Shown piece by piece: positions 50,566 to 64,000 of a DNA stretch of 64,000 nt. The stretch is from Amoebidium appalachense. Lineage: Eukaryota > Protista > Ichthyosporea. The position numbers and the translations under genes are program-made. The stretch's first letter is position 1. The number at the start of each line of letters is the position of its first letter. The notes below the pieces were generated by a model that ran no database searches, was not told the origin of the DNA, and saw only the letters and a program-made list of their open reading frames with translations. The stretch is taken from the NCBI GenBank assembly GCA_963693365.1, contig CAVNZM010000003.1, positions 2,741,087 through 2,805,086 of the forward strand, in the 5' to 3' direction.

Positions 50566-50655
50566 CTCTGTTCCGATCTTTGCGGAATTAAATGTGGGCT
50601 AGCTAAATCATGTACATGTGGTGACGGGTGTGAGACGGAACGATGGCACCCGGCA
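50421..50655 (+). repeat. Two-copy ~94-bp direct repeat, each copy preceded by a G-run
   Basis: GGCTCTGTTCCGATCTTTGCGGAA...GAGACGGAACGATGG(A/C)ACCCGGCA at ~50423 and ~50564. Confidence 0.92.
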
Positions 50656-51402
50656 TGGCAAAGGGTACTGTCAGCTTGTACACGTGTGCAGTACGGTTGA
50701 TTTCCTGCCAATCATAAAGTCGAACTGGGCACCACTCACAAACTCCGTTGAAGCGGACACCTGTGAGCAGTTGAGGGGGCCATGGTGGCCATGCAGTTAG
50801 GGAAATGTGTGGCTATTGGATATGCAGTAGCTTAAGCCGTGAAATGCATGCATGAGCAGTGTGCACCCGTGATTGCGTGAACGGTATGCACCCACTTATA
50901 TGGACGACTTTACTACATGCATGACATACAACCACTTGAATCGGTGGGGGAAAAAAAGAAACACGTGCTGCAACCACGGTGCCTCGCCCATGGTGTGGCA
51001 GGATGTCACTGCCAACTAACTACAAATAGGAGCAGTGTTGGCCCAAGAGATCACCAATGACATTGCAGAGTACGGCCCTACTACTATATTAGGCACCTTC
51101 TACACCCATCACGTCATCTTTCCACCACTACCTGCGCAAACACATTCATATGAACGCAGTAAACCTACATACATCATGGAGATAGTATAATTGTGAGTGT
51201 GGACGTCTCGGTAACCAACAATACTACGCGGAGTCCAGGCACTAACTACGTAGTCACTCTTCACCTAATGGGTGATCCGCATATACTCATTATATACATA
51301 ACTCATTCATGTGAACCCAAATCACCTGCATGGTTTCTACCACTAACTAAACACTGTCAGGCAAATTCATTCCAAAATATGGCCGGTGCAAATACATACG
51401 TA

Positions 51403-51676
51403 CATATCCGCATAGTTCGTGCACCCTACGAAGATATCCACACCAGATATCCACGCATATGCTGCTGCACCTCAGATATCCGTACATATGCGCCCTATAT
51501 ATCCACACATATGCATGAGATATCCCCACACCTGCGCCCTAATTAGATATCCACACATGCATACCAGATATCCACACCAGATATCCACAAATATGCATTA
51601 GATATCCACACATATGCATTAGATATCCACACGTACACACCCTAGATATCCACGTACACACCCTAGATATCCACCC
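51403..51676 (-). repeat. Short-unit minisatellite (core GTGGATATCT, 13-25 bp period) from the F-box stop codon through its 3' UTR
   Basis: More than 10 AGATATCCAC-like cores on the plus strand. The first core on the minus strand encodes VDI*. Confidence 0.88.
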
Positions 51677-52113
51677 TTATCCCCGCCTCTCTCAGGCCGT
51701 TGATGCCAGCCGCATAGAAGGACAGGCGCACACAGACCAGTGACCTGCAAGCACTTAGCCCTGCAAAGTCCTCGACCCTAGCCACACTCCTGAGGTCCAG
51801 GCAGGCAAGTAGTGGCAGCCTACCCAGGGGGCTCAGATCCCCCACAGTGGCCCCCCCCAGGTCCAGCCCCACCAGCCGGGTCAGCCCGCACAGCACATCC
51901 AAATTAGGAAGGCGTGCCCCACGTGCATCCAGCCAGCGCAGGTGTGTGAGGTGCACAAGTGCCGGGGTGTCGGGGCAGCGGTTGGGGAGCGCTAGTGCCT
52001 AGAGGGGGGTAGGGGGGGGGGGGGGGGGGGTGAGCAGGTTAGGTGGTGTGAGTGGTTGGGGATGTGTGGGTGGGTAAATGGTTCGCTTGGTGGGCGGTTG
52101 TGTGTGTGTGTGT

Positions 52114-52152
<39 letters not shown>

Positions 52153-54466
52153 GGGGATAAGGGCGCCATCCGGCGGTACAATATAAGGTGGGCCGCCCTT
52201 CATATTTCCCCCTCCTCCTCCCATGCCGTCCACCCCTCCCCCCCCCCCCTCCCCCCCCCCCCCAAAAAAAAAAAATAATAATAAAATAATAAAAAATAAT
52301 AAAAAAAATAAACAAACAAAAAATTCAACCTCCCCTCCCCATTAAAGCGGCCGTATCCCCCCTCCCCCCTCCCCCCCCCCCCCCCCCCTCCCCCCCCCCC
52401 CTCCCCCCCCCCCCCTCCCCTCCCCTACCTCCCCTTCCCCCCCCCCTCCCCCCCCCCACCTCTTTGCCCCACCCCCCGCCCAAAAAAATAACAACAACGG
52501 CAAGAAACAAGAAAAACAGGGTCTTCAACCCCATTCTAGACACAAACCTCCCTCTAGCCCTCCACTTCCCCTGAATACCCTTTCACAAGTAAAACGAGTT
52601 GCTTCACATATTCCCGCCACCCACAGAAGAACAGGTGATAGGAGCATTCAGGGGTTTTCCTCTCGCTTCGTTTCTTTCTCCATTTTTTCTGTGTGTATGC
52701 GTTCAGTAGGAGGTAGCGGAAGGGACTCGGGGGGGGGGGGGGGGGGGGGGGGGGGGGAGGGGAGTTGACTACATGACATCACAAGACAAACAAAAAACCC
52801 GATAAAAAATGAACCTTGGCAGGGATCAAACCGACGACCTTCCGCTGTGTACTTTTGTGTTTGCGTGTTCCCGCGCAGGGGGGGGGGGGGGGGGGGGGGG
52901 GGGGTTGCATACGTGGAGGCGGGGCAGGGCGGAGAGGAAGTGCAGGTCGGGCAGGGCCCAGTTTGGGGGCAGGGCCAGGCGGGCTAGGCGGGTGCACGTG
53001 GCCAGGCAGGCCAGCTGCGTGCCGGGGTCTGTGGGAGTGTCCAGGCACAGTGTGATCAGCCCTGTCAGGGCTGCAAGGAATCCAAAGCCGGCCACGGCCA
53101 CCTTGCTCACGTGCAGCTCTTGCAGCAGCATGCAGCCCTCCAGCCCCCCCAGGTCTGTCAGGTCCGCACAGTCGGCCAGCCCAAAGTGTGTGAGTGACGT
53201 GCAGGCCCGCACAGGCTCGAGGCTGGCCAGGCGGCCGCATGCCGATATGTCTAGGTGGCGTAGGTGGGGCATAGAAGACAGGGGGTCCAGATCGGCCAGC
53301 AGGGGCAGGGTGGCCAGGTGCAGGACCGTGAGTGCGGGGGCATGCACGTGCTGCAGGGTGGTGGCCGTGCCCCTCACGTGCAGCTCCACCATACTGTCTG
53401 CCTGTGACAGGAACTGCAGGCCAGCCAGGTCGCTGGTCAGCACCACCACCTGAAGCCTGTGCAACCCTACAAACAGCTCGGCCGGCAGGGTGCCAGCACC
53501 CCGTGGGGTGACCTTGAGGTCGCACAGGCGCCAGCGCTGCAGGGCCAGGGTGAGGGGGCCCAGGGCCACGACGTCGGCATGGAACACACGCACATGAGGG
53601 CACGAGGCCACGAGGGTGTCCACCCCCAGCAGGGGCTGCTGGCCGTGCACGTGGCTGGTGCCTGCCACGTGCACACTGGTCAGCCCCGTGCAGGCGCCCA
53701 GAAACCCCACGTCCACCATGGACACGCAGGCCAGCCCCACCTCCCTTAGCCCCCCCAGTTGACTAAGTGCCGTCAGGTCTGCAACCCCAATAGGCGCCGC
53801 CACGTTTAGGGCCGTGAGCTGTGTGAGGGCCGCAAGGGCAGCCACGGCACCGGGACTGAGGTGCAGGTCGTGCAGGGTGAGACGGACCAGAGCCTTGCAG
53901 GCAGCCAGGGGGATGAGGTCCGGGTTGCTTGTGGCCAGGCGCAGGGTCAGGGTGTGCAGCTGGGGGTAGCGGCCCAGGCAGGAAAGGGCCAGGCCCGACC
54001 GCAGGTCTGCACGCAGGGCAGTAAGGCCAGCTGGCGCCGCAGCCAGGAGGGTCTGCAGCGTTGTGCCACCCTCGACCTGCAGCTCACGCACCCACGGCAG
54101 CACAGCAAGCAGCTGCAGCAGCGCCTCCGTGCGGCTGTTGGGCTCGGGTGCCCGCAGGCCCGTGGTGTTGAGCGCCACACTAGTCACGCAACACTGCCAG
54201 GCCTTTGCGCCGCGCAACAGCCAGTCCCAGGCGGGGGTACCAGGGGCTGGCAGGGTGGCCGGGTAATCCTTCTTCTGCCACGTGCCGGGGCGGCTGCCCG
54301 GCCACACCTGCAGGTGCGCTGGGAAATCGCCGCATCGCACCACACGGCACCAGCGGCGGCACACGGAACTGCAGGCCACGTGGTCGGCCAGGGCGTACAG
54401 GTGGCTGAACACCAGCAGGAGTAGCTCGTCCGGTAGCCGCGCAGTGTGGTCTATCGTGTCGCCCAT
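51663..54466 (-). CDS. F-box / leucine-rich-repeat protein, 2 exons, ~629 aa
   Basis: Exons 54466-52913 and 51998-51663 (GTATGC...CTCTAG, phase 0). F-box LPDELLLLVFSHL...CSSVCRRW and many LxxLxxLxxLxL repeats (LRHLDISACGRLASLEPV; LACLDLRSVARVEDFAGLSACRSL). Confidence 0.93.
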
Positions 54467-55184
54467 GGTGGGGGGTGGGCCTAGTCGCGCCCCTGAGTCG
54501 ACTGTTCAAAGTCGCGGCTTATATCGGCAAAAGTGTTCGGTGAGCATGCTCGGCACAGAGTGACAAAGTGCCAGGGTTCAAATCTTTCGCTCTTAGCTGC
54601 TCGTGGGCTTCATCTCTGAAGCGTTACTGTCAAACCCTCGACAGATGATGAGGCATTGCTGTCAGCTGGCGCTACCCTAGCGGCTGCAACTTGGGAAGGT
54701 CGCTGACTGCGCAACAGCGGAGCCTGGTGCTGACTGCTGAGCCACCGGCGCGCCACCACCGGTTGAAACTTGAAAGTATCCCCTGGATGTTCCCAATCCC
54801 AATGTACCTACCTGTTTTTAATTTTTTTTTCGCGCGGAGTAGCCAAAAGAGGCTATTTAGGATGCGTGTCTGTCCAATGGGAAGGCTTCAAATATGTTGA
54901 ACCAATCGCATGCGGGCAGTAGTTGCCCTCCAATCAGCGTGCCCTAGCTCCTACAATGTAGAACAAAAACACTTGGCAACGTCTCCAGTCTTACTCTATC
55001 ATGTGTTTTTATGCTGAAGTTTCAGTATAGCTTACCCTCGCATGTAGAAGAGCGGTGCGCAATTCCCTAAGTAAGCAGAGGCTTGAAGCATACTGCTGCG
55101 AGCGAATAAGTGACCTAAGCGTGGTCACTCCCCACACAGTGGCCAAGTGAGTGTACAGGCCAGCGGGTACTTGCAGGCTGCAAC

Positions 55185-56749
55185 ATGGCCGACAAGGTAC
55201 GGGCTCCATGTCGTCCAATCTATATAGGCGCAAAACACAAACACACACACACACACAAACACACGTGTGTGTGTGTGTGTGTGTGTGCGTGTGTGTGTGT
55301 GCGTGTGTTGTGCGCGAGCGTGTTTATGTGTGTGTGCGCGCGCACGCGCACTTGTGTGTGTGTGGGTGTGTGTGTGGGTGGGTGGGTGTGTGTGGTTGTG
55401 TGTGTGTGTGTGTGTGTGTTTGTGTGTGTTGTGTTGATTGTTGTATGAGTATTATAATGTATGCATGTGTCATGATGGTATACAGCCCTTTCCCAGGATT
55501 GTAGCTGGTATGTGTGCATGTGCCATGATGGTATACAACCCTTTCCCAGGATTGTGGCTGGGTCTGGGCACTGTGTAAAACAAATGCAACATCACACTTC
55601 ATAAAGACATCGTGGCTGTGCACTTAGCAGCACTCGCACACAAAGATTCCACGTAGTTCTCCCCCCCCCCCCCCCCCCCCCTCTCCCTCTCCCCCCCCCG
55701 GGCACCCTCTCGCCGAACCTTTCAATAACAGATCTCTGGGCTTGTGTTGCACTTACTCTGCGGGTTCGTTTTTGTGTGCCAAAATGGTGCTCGGTGTTTT
55801 CAAAGTGTACGTTTGAGTGTTACACTGTCCAGGTACACAGCTTTCTAACCCTCCCCCCCCCCCCCCCCCCCGTCTGCCCCCCCCTCCCCCCCCTTCTTCT
55901 TCCCCCCGCCTTTCCTCCACCCTACTTGAACAAACACAACACACACACGCGCGCGCACACACACACACACGCGCGCACACGCACACGCACACGCACACGC
56001 ACACACACACACACACACGCACACGCACACGCACACGCACACGCACACGCACACGCACACGCACACACACACGCACACCAGGCATCTAGGGCCACGCTTG
56101 GTATGGCTGCCGGGCTAGTGGTGGTGGTTGGTGCGCTTCTGTACCTGACCAGACCACCGCAAAAGCCAGGCGCCAAGGTAAGAGAGCTGGGACACACACT
56201 TTTTTGCTTGCTAGGGCAGTGGGCTGTGTGTGTGGTCGAGCTAGGCCATGGAAGACAGCTTTGTTGGCATGGTGCTTCGCCTAGCTGACAGTTGTTGGAA
56301 GCCCCCCTTTTGGGCAGGCGTATGTGTTTCCACTTTTATTTTTAAATGCAGCGAGATACCGCACAGTGCTGTTATGAGCTCCCCACTGTAGCTGTGCTTA
56401 GCTAGCCACAGTGGGGGAGGAGGGGTGGGGGGGGAGGGGGGGGGGGGGAGGAGGAAAGGGGAGGGGGGGGGGGGGGGTGGAGGGGAGTTACGTGTGTGTG
56501 TTGGATGGAGGAGTGAGAACGTTTTTTCTTGGAGCGGGCAGGGGGGAGGGGGAAAGGGGTAGGGGGGGGGAGGAGGAAGGGGAGAGAGAGGGAGGGGGGG
56601 GGGGGGGAGGGGCACAAGCGGGGGGAGGGTGGAGGGGGATTTGCGTGTGTGTGTGTGCATGTGTGTGTGTGTGGGGGGGGGGGGGGGGGGGGGGGGATAC
56701 GGGGGATGTAGTAGGGAGGGGGAAGGAAGGGAGGGAGGTGTGTGTGTGT

Positions 56750-56789
<40 letters not shown>

Positions 56790-57234
56790 GATAAAGCTGG
56801 TGGACTCAAGCTGACAAGGCTGTTTGGTTTTTTGGTGAAGGTGTTTGTGGGGTTTAATGGGTACGTTGTAAGGCTAATTGGTTTATATCAGAGTTTATCT
56901 CGATGCTTCTTGGTTCTTTTTCAAACTTATTTGGCATATATGTGGACAGGCCATATTCAAATAATGGTGGGGGTGGTTGGTTGCTTCTTTTGTCCTTCTT
57001 TTTTTCTCCCTAGAAGGGGGGGGGTTTGGGGGGAGGGGGGGGGGGGAAGGAGGGGGAGGGGGGGGAGGGGGGGAAGGGGAGGCTTTTAGGGGCCATCCTC
57101 CGACCTATTTTTGATCAAATGAGGACACACCCTTACAGCGAGCAGAGGAGACCCCACGTGCGGACAAGGCAAAGGTCGAGCAGCAGAGGTGGGTGCCTGT
57201 GGGTTGCACGCTGAATCCTTCTCAAACTACGACC

Positions 57235-57279
<45 letters not shown>

Positions 57280-57678
57280 CCCTCTGTTTCCTCCCTACCT
57301 CCCTCCTTGCCCCATTCTCTTTCTCTCTCTCTCTCCCCTGTCCATCTCCCACCCCCCCCCACCCCCCCCACCCCCCCCCCCCCTCTCTCCTCCACCCCTC
57401 CACCCCTCTCTCTCTCTTCTCTCTCCCCCCCTCCCCCTCTCCCTCTATACCTTGCCCCTCTCCCTCTATATCTTTCTATCTCTTCTCTCTCTCCCCCCCC
57501 CCCCCTTCCCCTCCCTCCCTCCTTCCCTCTCCTGCCCGGATGAATATGCTTGCACCTCTATGGAGATAGGCAGAGCTCTAATTGACTGCGTGTCTCAATA
57601 ACCTTCCTAACCTCATGTATGGCGCCATGCACGTACACTACACAGTCTTCAAACTTCGGATAGAAGCCAACGGACCCA

Positions 57679-57715
<37 letters not shown>

Positions 57716-58313
57716 CCTTTCCATGTGTGACCGCCATAACCCTCGCAGTGATCTACCCCCAGCCACCACCCTTCCCAAGGCCCCACCAGCAGATGCCATC
57801 CCCTCCCCGTGTCCCCCCCCTGAGCAACCCCAACAACCAGCAGAAACCCCCACACACACACAGCCTCCAGCCAGCCCAACACCCCCAAATATGGCACTAC
57901 CCTGCTCTGCCCCCACAGCACCCCAGCCCCAAGCAGCCAATGAGAGGCCGTCTAGCCCGGTGGGGGTGGTGGGGGAGGGCACGTGTGAGGTGGCCACGGC
58001 AGTCCAGAGGGTGGCCCTGTATGCAATGTATGAGGGGGAGGGTGCCGTGGCTGTGGTGGGCAACATCGATGTGCTGGGTAAGGGGTGGGTGTGTGGGGGG
58101 GGGGAGGGGGAAGGGGGGGGGAAGGGGGGGGGGGGGGGGGAAGGGCCGGGGGTCGAGGGGGGGGGGGGGGGGGATGGGGGGGGGGGGGATGGCTGTGCAG
58201 GGCTGAAGGGGCTTTTCAAAGAAAGCAGTATGTCATGGGGGAGGGGGGGGGGGGGGGGGGGGGGGGACTCCTAGCGAGGTGTGAAATTTCTCTCTCCCTC
58301 TCTCCCTCTCTCT

Positions 58314-58344
<31 letters not shown>

Positions 58345-58965
58345 GGGGACAGGGGGTCAGCATGTGGGCAGAGGTGTGGGCAGCAGTTGGCAGGGGATAG
58401 GGACAAGAGGCTCTTAGGTGTCGACCCAGCCAGCATACAGAGCACAGCCGCCTAGCAGACACCATCACTACTCCTGATTGGCCCATACCAGCATCATGGG
58501 CCTTGCATGCTGCCTGCATGTGGCGTCTGGGTACTGTGGCCACCAATCAAAGCAGGCAAAATATGCCACCAGGTTTACTGACCAATCAGAGCAGGCAAAG
58601 CATGCCACCAATTTGACTGACCAATCAAAGCAGGCAAAGCATGCTGACCCATGACATGCAGGGGGCTGGAATGTGGACAAGGCGCTGCGACTGACACCCA
58701 CGGGGGCACGTGGGGAGTGGAGGGCAGACCTGAGCCTGCAGAAGGGCACACAGTGCGGTGTGTGTGCGTGTGTGTGTGTGTGTGGGTGTGTGTGTGTGTT
58801 ATTTATTTTTTATTGGGGGGGGGGGGGAGAGCAGGGAGGGCTATGTGCTCGTCGGGGGTCTTTGCTCCACACTGCCCCCTCCCCTCCCCCCACAAAGCAA
58901 ACTGTCTGTTGTGTTGGCCGTCATGAATATGTAAATCGTATCCCTTCACACTTTCAGCTCCCCCA

Positions 58966-59000
<35 letters not shown>

Positions 59001-59383
59001 TGCACCAAAAGCATGATATGCGGCTTGTGTGGAGAGCATATGTATATGACATATATGCTCAAATGATTATCTATGAGATGTTTTATATACTTTTGCAAGC
59101 ACACACGCTGGCACGTGCGCGTGTGCATTCAAACACACACACACACACACACACACGGCACACATACAGACACGCGCGCACTCACGTGTGTGTGTGCATG
59201 TGTGTGCCCACGCACGTGTGCTCGCAAAAGCATATACACGTAAAATAGATGATCATTTGAACATATGTGTCATATGCATATGCTTCCTGCCCCTTCCCGC
59301 CCCACACACATACACACAGACACCTTAAACACACGCGCCTCCGCACACACCCACACACACCACACACATACACACGCACACGT

Positions 59384-59453
<70 letters not shown>

Positions 59454-59643
59454 GATACACGCATGTGCTGTTATACATACATGCATACATATTTACATCC
59501 ATAGTCGTGTGTGTGTTGTCTGTGTGTGTGTGTGTGTGTATGTGTGTGTGCGTGTGTGTGTGTGTGTGTGCGTGCGCGCGCGCGTGCGTGTGTGCGTGCG
59601 TAAGGGCTAACGGCTATTATACAATTATACATACATATTTACA

Positions 59644-59710
<67 letters not shown>

Positions 59711-60009
59711 CGCGCGTGTGCGCGTGTGGGAATGGGCGGCGCGTGCGCGTGTGGGAATGGGCGCTCACTTGTATCTGTGTGTCCTTGAATCCATGTTTCC
59801 CACCCCTTATGCATACACAAGGGGTCACGGTGTTTGAGTTTACTCCTTCGTGCCTCTTTGGCTCATGTTTCTCACTTACTACTCCGTGCAGAGTTCAAGT
59901 GCATTCTTGTGGACCAAGCAGGGGCACTTGTGCGATGGGAGGGCATTGAGGGCAACCGGAGGCTGCAGGTGGATGGGCCTATGACCGTGCGCATAGACGT
60001 GGACGTGCA

Positions 60010-60082
<73 letters not shown>

Positions 60083-60096
60083 TTTTGGGGGGAGGT

Positions 60097-60138
<42 letters not shown>

Positions 60139-60278
60139 TATACCGGGCACTGTGCAAGATATCTGGTGTGATGGGTAGGCATGGCTTGGGGAAGTGAGGG
60201 GCAGGGAGGGTGGCACTGGGGTTGGTTTGGAGTTGATGGACGAAGGTGTGTATGCAGGAGGGTGGGGTGTGTGTGTGT

Positions 60279-60345
<67 letters not shown>

Positions 60346-60501
60346 GTTTCATTGAATGTACTACTAGTCTACCCTGTACCAGGCTCTTCAAGACGTCTGA
60401 TACCTGTGATGCAATGCTTTGGGACCCATACAGTGTGTGTAATCTACACACATTTACCCACTATCCCCTCCCCCAGCCCCCCCCCCCCCCCCCCCCCCCC
60501 C

Positions 60502-60576
<75 letters not shown>

Positions 60577-60843
60577 CCACCTACCCACCCTCCCTCCCAC
60601 ATACCCATTTTAACACCGAAGCGTTGTACTATGATTCTGCGTCTTCCCATCCAATAAATGCTTTTTACTTGGCATAAACCCCTGCGTACCCCCCCCCCCC
60701 CCCCCCCCCCCCCCCTCCCATGCCCGTCTTTACTTTTGCTTCCCTCTGTTGATCCACACAAGCATGCATGTGTAGGGCAAATGCTCTGCGCATGATTGGC
60801 TTCCTGTCACGTGTTGACCTTGCCTCCCCCCGCAGAGAGGTAG
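55185..60843 (+). CDS. Membrane-anchored CBM20 (starch/glycogen-binding) protein with STBD1/genethonin-like architecture, ~7 exons, ~236 aa
   Basis: Exons 55185-55196, 56082-56177, 57139-57188, 57749-58077, 58662-58757, 59892-60011 and 60836-60843 (last one tentative). TM segment [17 protein letters not shown], Pro-rich linker, and CBM20 motifs [21 protein letters not shown]...WRADL...EFKCIL...[12 protein letters not shown]. Confidence 0.85.
58538..58646 (+). repeat. Three-unit ~39-bp tandem repeat just upstream of a CBM20 exon acceptor
   Basis: ACCAATCA(A/G)AGCAGGCAAA..ATGC at ~58542, ~58581 and ~58620. Confidence 0.85.
59035..59284. repeat. Intronic inverted repeat (hairpin or MITE-like), 40-bp outer arms plus inner arms
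   Basis: 59035-59074 matches the reverse complement of 59245-59284 at 36 of 40 positions. The inner segment TATATACTTTTGCAAGCACAC pairs with GTGTGCTCGCAAAAGCATATA. Confidence 0.85.
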
Positions 60844-63439
60844 TGACAGGGTGGGGCCACAGGGCCCTTGCTGGTCATCGGCAAGGTGTGGCCGTAGCAT
60901 GCACGTGCCACGTGAGGATGGACACGTGCAGAGCCAGTGTGTGTGGATGGAGGGTTGGGTGCAGGCATGGGGCCATGCATGTGCATGTGCCCTACCTGTT
61001 ACTTACTGCGGCCTATATGTGTGAATGTCCATCATAATGCTGATCGTTGGAGTGTGCAAATATCGTTTCTGTAATCTTCCTTTTTTTGCCCTAAGTGGGG
61101 AACAGAGGAAGCCTTCTGGGGGGGGGGGGGGGGGGGTTGTAGACGGAATACTAGGCCTGGGGCCTGGCTTAGTTAGGAGGGCACTAGTTGGTATGTATGG
61201 TATGTCGTGAACGTAAAAAAATAGACCAATGGCAGGGCATGCTCTGGCAGTGTGCCAATTACACTGGCTTCCATGACCCGACATGGACCACACACACACA
61301 CACACACACACACAGTCATGAATATCACTATTGTAAAATATTATTGAGTAAGTAAAATGGCTGTCTTGACCAGCCAACCATTGTGCCGTGTCCAAACCTA
61401 TGCATGTAGGCCACCATATGCACGTGCACATGCATGGCCATACGTGGCATATTGAAAGGGACGGGGTATTCCCTCAGTGTCCGATTTCTAGTAGGCGACT
61501 GCAGTATATACAGCAACGGAGCTTTCTCCAGCCTCCTAATATATATATATATATATATGGCCGGACTCCCGGAGTTCAACTTGACTATTCATGATATCTT
61601 CATTAAGACCTTCAAGATTGTCTGGATGAAAAATCAAAAAAAAAAACTGGCGGGGTTCATGACCTTTAGGCTCCGGGTGTAGGGGGCCATAATTGACATG
61701 CCACTGCTCATGCAGTGAGGGCCTCTGCACATTAGCACCAGTGACCGCAGAAGGGACAACTTGCAGAAAGAGAAATTTGCCCGGGCCCCGAGGCTCATGA
61801 TCGCCCCTATATGGGGCCACTCAGAGCCCCAGATTGAACTAAACCGCAAAAGAGCCCTCCCTTACCCGGGCTGCTAGTAGCCCGCGCCCAAACCAATATT
61901 TTCACCCTGGATTAGTTCTCTCTGCACGCGCCGCGTAGAGGTTGGCATGCGCACTGGCTGGCAGCTGCACTGCGGAGGACTAAAAATAGGATACAAGCTG
62001 TGTGCCCAATTTTCAGAAATTCAAGCAGCACTCTGATTGGTTCGATTTATCCTGTTTCAAAGGTAATTCTTCAAAGTTTCTCGCGACGCAAGCTGGCGCT
62101 GTGACTTGCCGCATTGATATTTATTATGTATACCAGCACATGACATATATATATGTAATATTAGGTTTAGGCCATATGTATATGTAGGGGAGGCACTTTG
62201 AAATACGAATTGATGATTGATGAAGTGAATAGAGTTGGAATTTACCCCCCTCGAATTGAAGCCCGGGAATGTTGACAAGGAGAGATACAAATTAAAGTTT
62301 CCCGCAAAGGGTTTCTGCTTGAATATATACAAGATCTAGTGGGCAAGAAAGGGGCAGCTAACGGTTACAGCACTTCAAAAAATGCATTCATTAATTATAT
62401 CATGAATGAATGAAGCTTGCCCGTCGTTTTGAATATGTAATATAGCACACAAGAGAAAAAAAAAGAAAAAAAAGAAAGAAAAAAAAAGGATGCCAACACC
62501 ATAGAATGTGCTCAAGCAACTGGGCAATATGCATACGCTATGTGGACCACCTAATAGTTCTGAGCATGCTAAAATTTATACATTCCAGCTTCGAGTTGAA
62601 TAGTAATCCTCCGGATCCCCACTGACTCGGCCAGGGTTATTGCCTGAATTCGGTGAGAAGGATCAATGCGACAAACTTTGCATGCCTGCTCATGTGCCTG
62701 GTGGCGGATAGCACTCAGAGAGACGTCGAAATCAGTCATTCCTCTGCCGTGTTACGCTCTTTTCCCCCACATGGCACTACTATATATATTGGCTACTAGT
62801 CGCTGTCCAAACTCCTCGCTGGCAAGTTGAACGATACCCGGTAGAATAAATGGCACCAGACCGAATACTAAAGTGAATGAATAGAAACACCCTTCACACT
62901 TCCACATGTACACTTCCCAACTACACATGTATACACCGGCCTAGGCAAATTCGAAATCGTTTTCGAACGAGGTTCGCGAATATTGCAGTAAATCCACGAC
63001 GGCCAAGGTAGCACGTGCATGCAGGACGCCTGTCGGTGCACGTGACAGTATTAGTCACCATGAAGAGGTGACGGTGTGCTTGTGCTGTGCCACGGCAGAC
63101 GCTCAGGTTCATCAAAAGCCACAGGGGTAGGGTGGAACGAGACGCAACTGATTTGTTGATTTGTGCACACAACAAGAAAAGAACTAGTGAAGAAAAGGGC
63201 AAACTCATGGGATATCCTCTTTCTTGCCTACATCTAGACTAAGTTTGACATGTCTTTAACACTCAGTGCCAGCCGAATATTCGAGTTACAGTTTTGATTT
63301 TGTTCACCTGAAAAAACCTGCATCCCAGTGGTCCCATGTGTTTCAGTCTTGGCAATTTTTGATACTTCAAGTGCCCATAGACAGAAACCAAATTCGCCCA
63401 AAAGCCATGTGCGAAGACAGCACACATTCAGCAGTGACC

Positions 63440-63973
63440 ATGATGGGGGAAGCACCACTGCCCTCCCCACCACCACAGCCCACCATGGCGCTGGGCAAGA
63501 AACTCAGCAGGGTCCTGTCCTCACCCACCCGCCGGCCCACATCAGCCCTGCGTGTGTCTGTGCCCATCCTTCCCTTGCTCCTTGCTGCCTGTCTGCTGCT
63601 GGCCTTGATGCCTGCCCAGCCCCCTGCCTGCACCCAGCATGACGTCACACCCGTAGACCCCAGTGTCGATGGCCTGGCGAGCACGGATTCCGCAAGCCCA
63701 CCTTCACTTGCACACCCAAGACGTGCTAGGCATCGTGGTCTGCCTGTGCGCTTGCGTGCGGCCACAGATGGAGGTGATGAAGCAAAGGACCCACCACAAG
63801 CAGGCCAGATCAGTGGCAAGGAGACGGTGGCTGTGGGGGGGTTTGTCGACAGCACGTGGGGGCAGATTGCAGGTGGCCAACAGAAAGAGCACATGATTAC
63901 TGATCAATCATGGAGCAGCCTTGCAACCCAGCAGCAAGAAAGAAAGGACCCCATGCGGCCTGCAGGCAACGAG
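63440..63973 (+). CDS. First coding exon (178 codons) of a probable signal-anchored or secreted protein continuing beyond the window
   Basis: Open frame MMGEAPLPSPPPQPTMALGKK...VSVPILPLLLAACLLLALMPAQ...PMRPAGNE ending at GAG|GTATGT. One hydrophobic segment followed by a disordered stem. It is absent from the ORF track because there is no stop before the window end. Confidence 0.62.
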
Positions 63974-64000
63974 GTATGTGGGTGGGTGGGTGTGTGGTAT

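Overview
Eukaryotic nuclear DNA from an intron-rich, microsatellite-rich genome. The gene content (full-length CASD1, RFESD-like Rieske protein, STBD1-like CBM20 protein, ADD domain) suggests a unicellular opisthokont or similar protist; this is inference only. Most ORFs in the supplied track are artefacts of (CA)n/(GT)n/(CT)n and poly-G/C tracts. Manual splicing gives eight essentially complete genes: a CYP86-clan/CYP704-like P450 (+, two lesions in exon 1), a stand-alone YccF-domain membrane protein (-), a Rieske 2Fe-2S protein (+), a 16-exon CASD1/Cas1p O-acetyltransferase whose catalytic GDS reads GDA (-), a stand-alone ADD (ATRX-DNMT3-DNMT3L)-like zinc-finger protein (+), an intronless Ser/Thr kinase (+), an F-box/LRR protein (-) and a membrane-anchored CBM20 protein (+). 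Partial genes lie at both edges. A mobile-element cluster at 44-47 kb holds two copies of a poly(A)-tailed SINE-like element, a LINE 3' end and a small TIR element interrupted by the SINE. The most notable patterns are (i) introns whose acceptors have (CA)n in place of a polypyrimidine tract, often with complementary (GT)n or G-runs at the 5' end, (ii) minisatellites whose first unit contains a stop codon or splice donor, and (iii) the stand-alone ADD protein. All gene models are read by eye with no RNA evidence, and homopolymer lengths may contain assembly errors.
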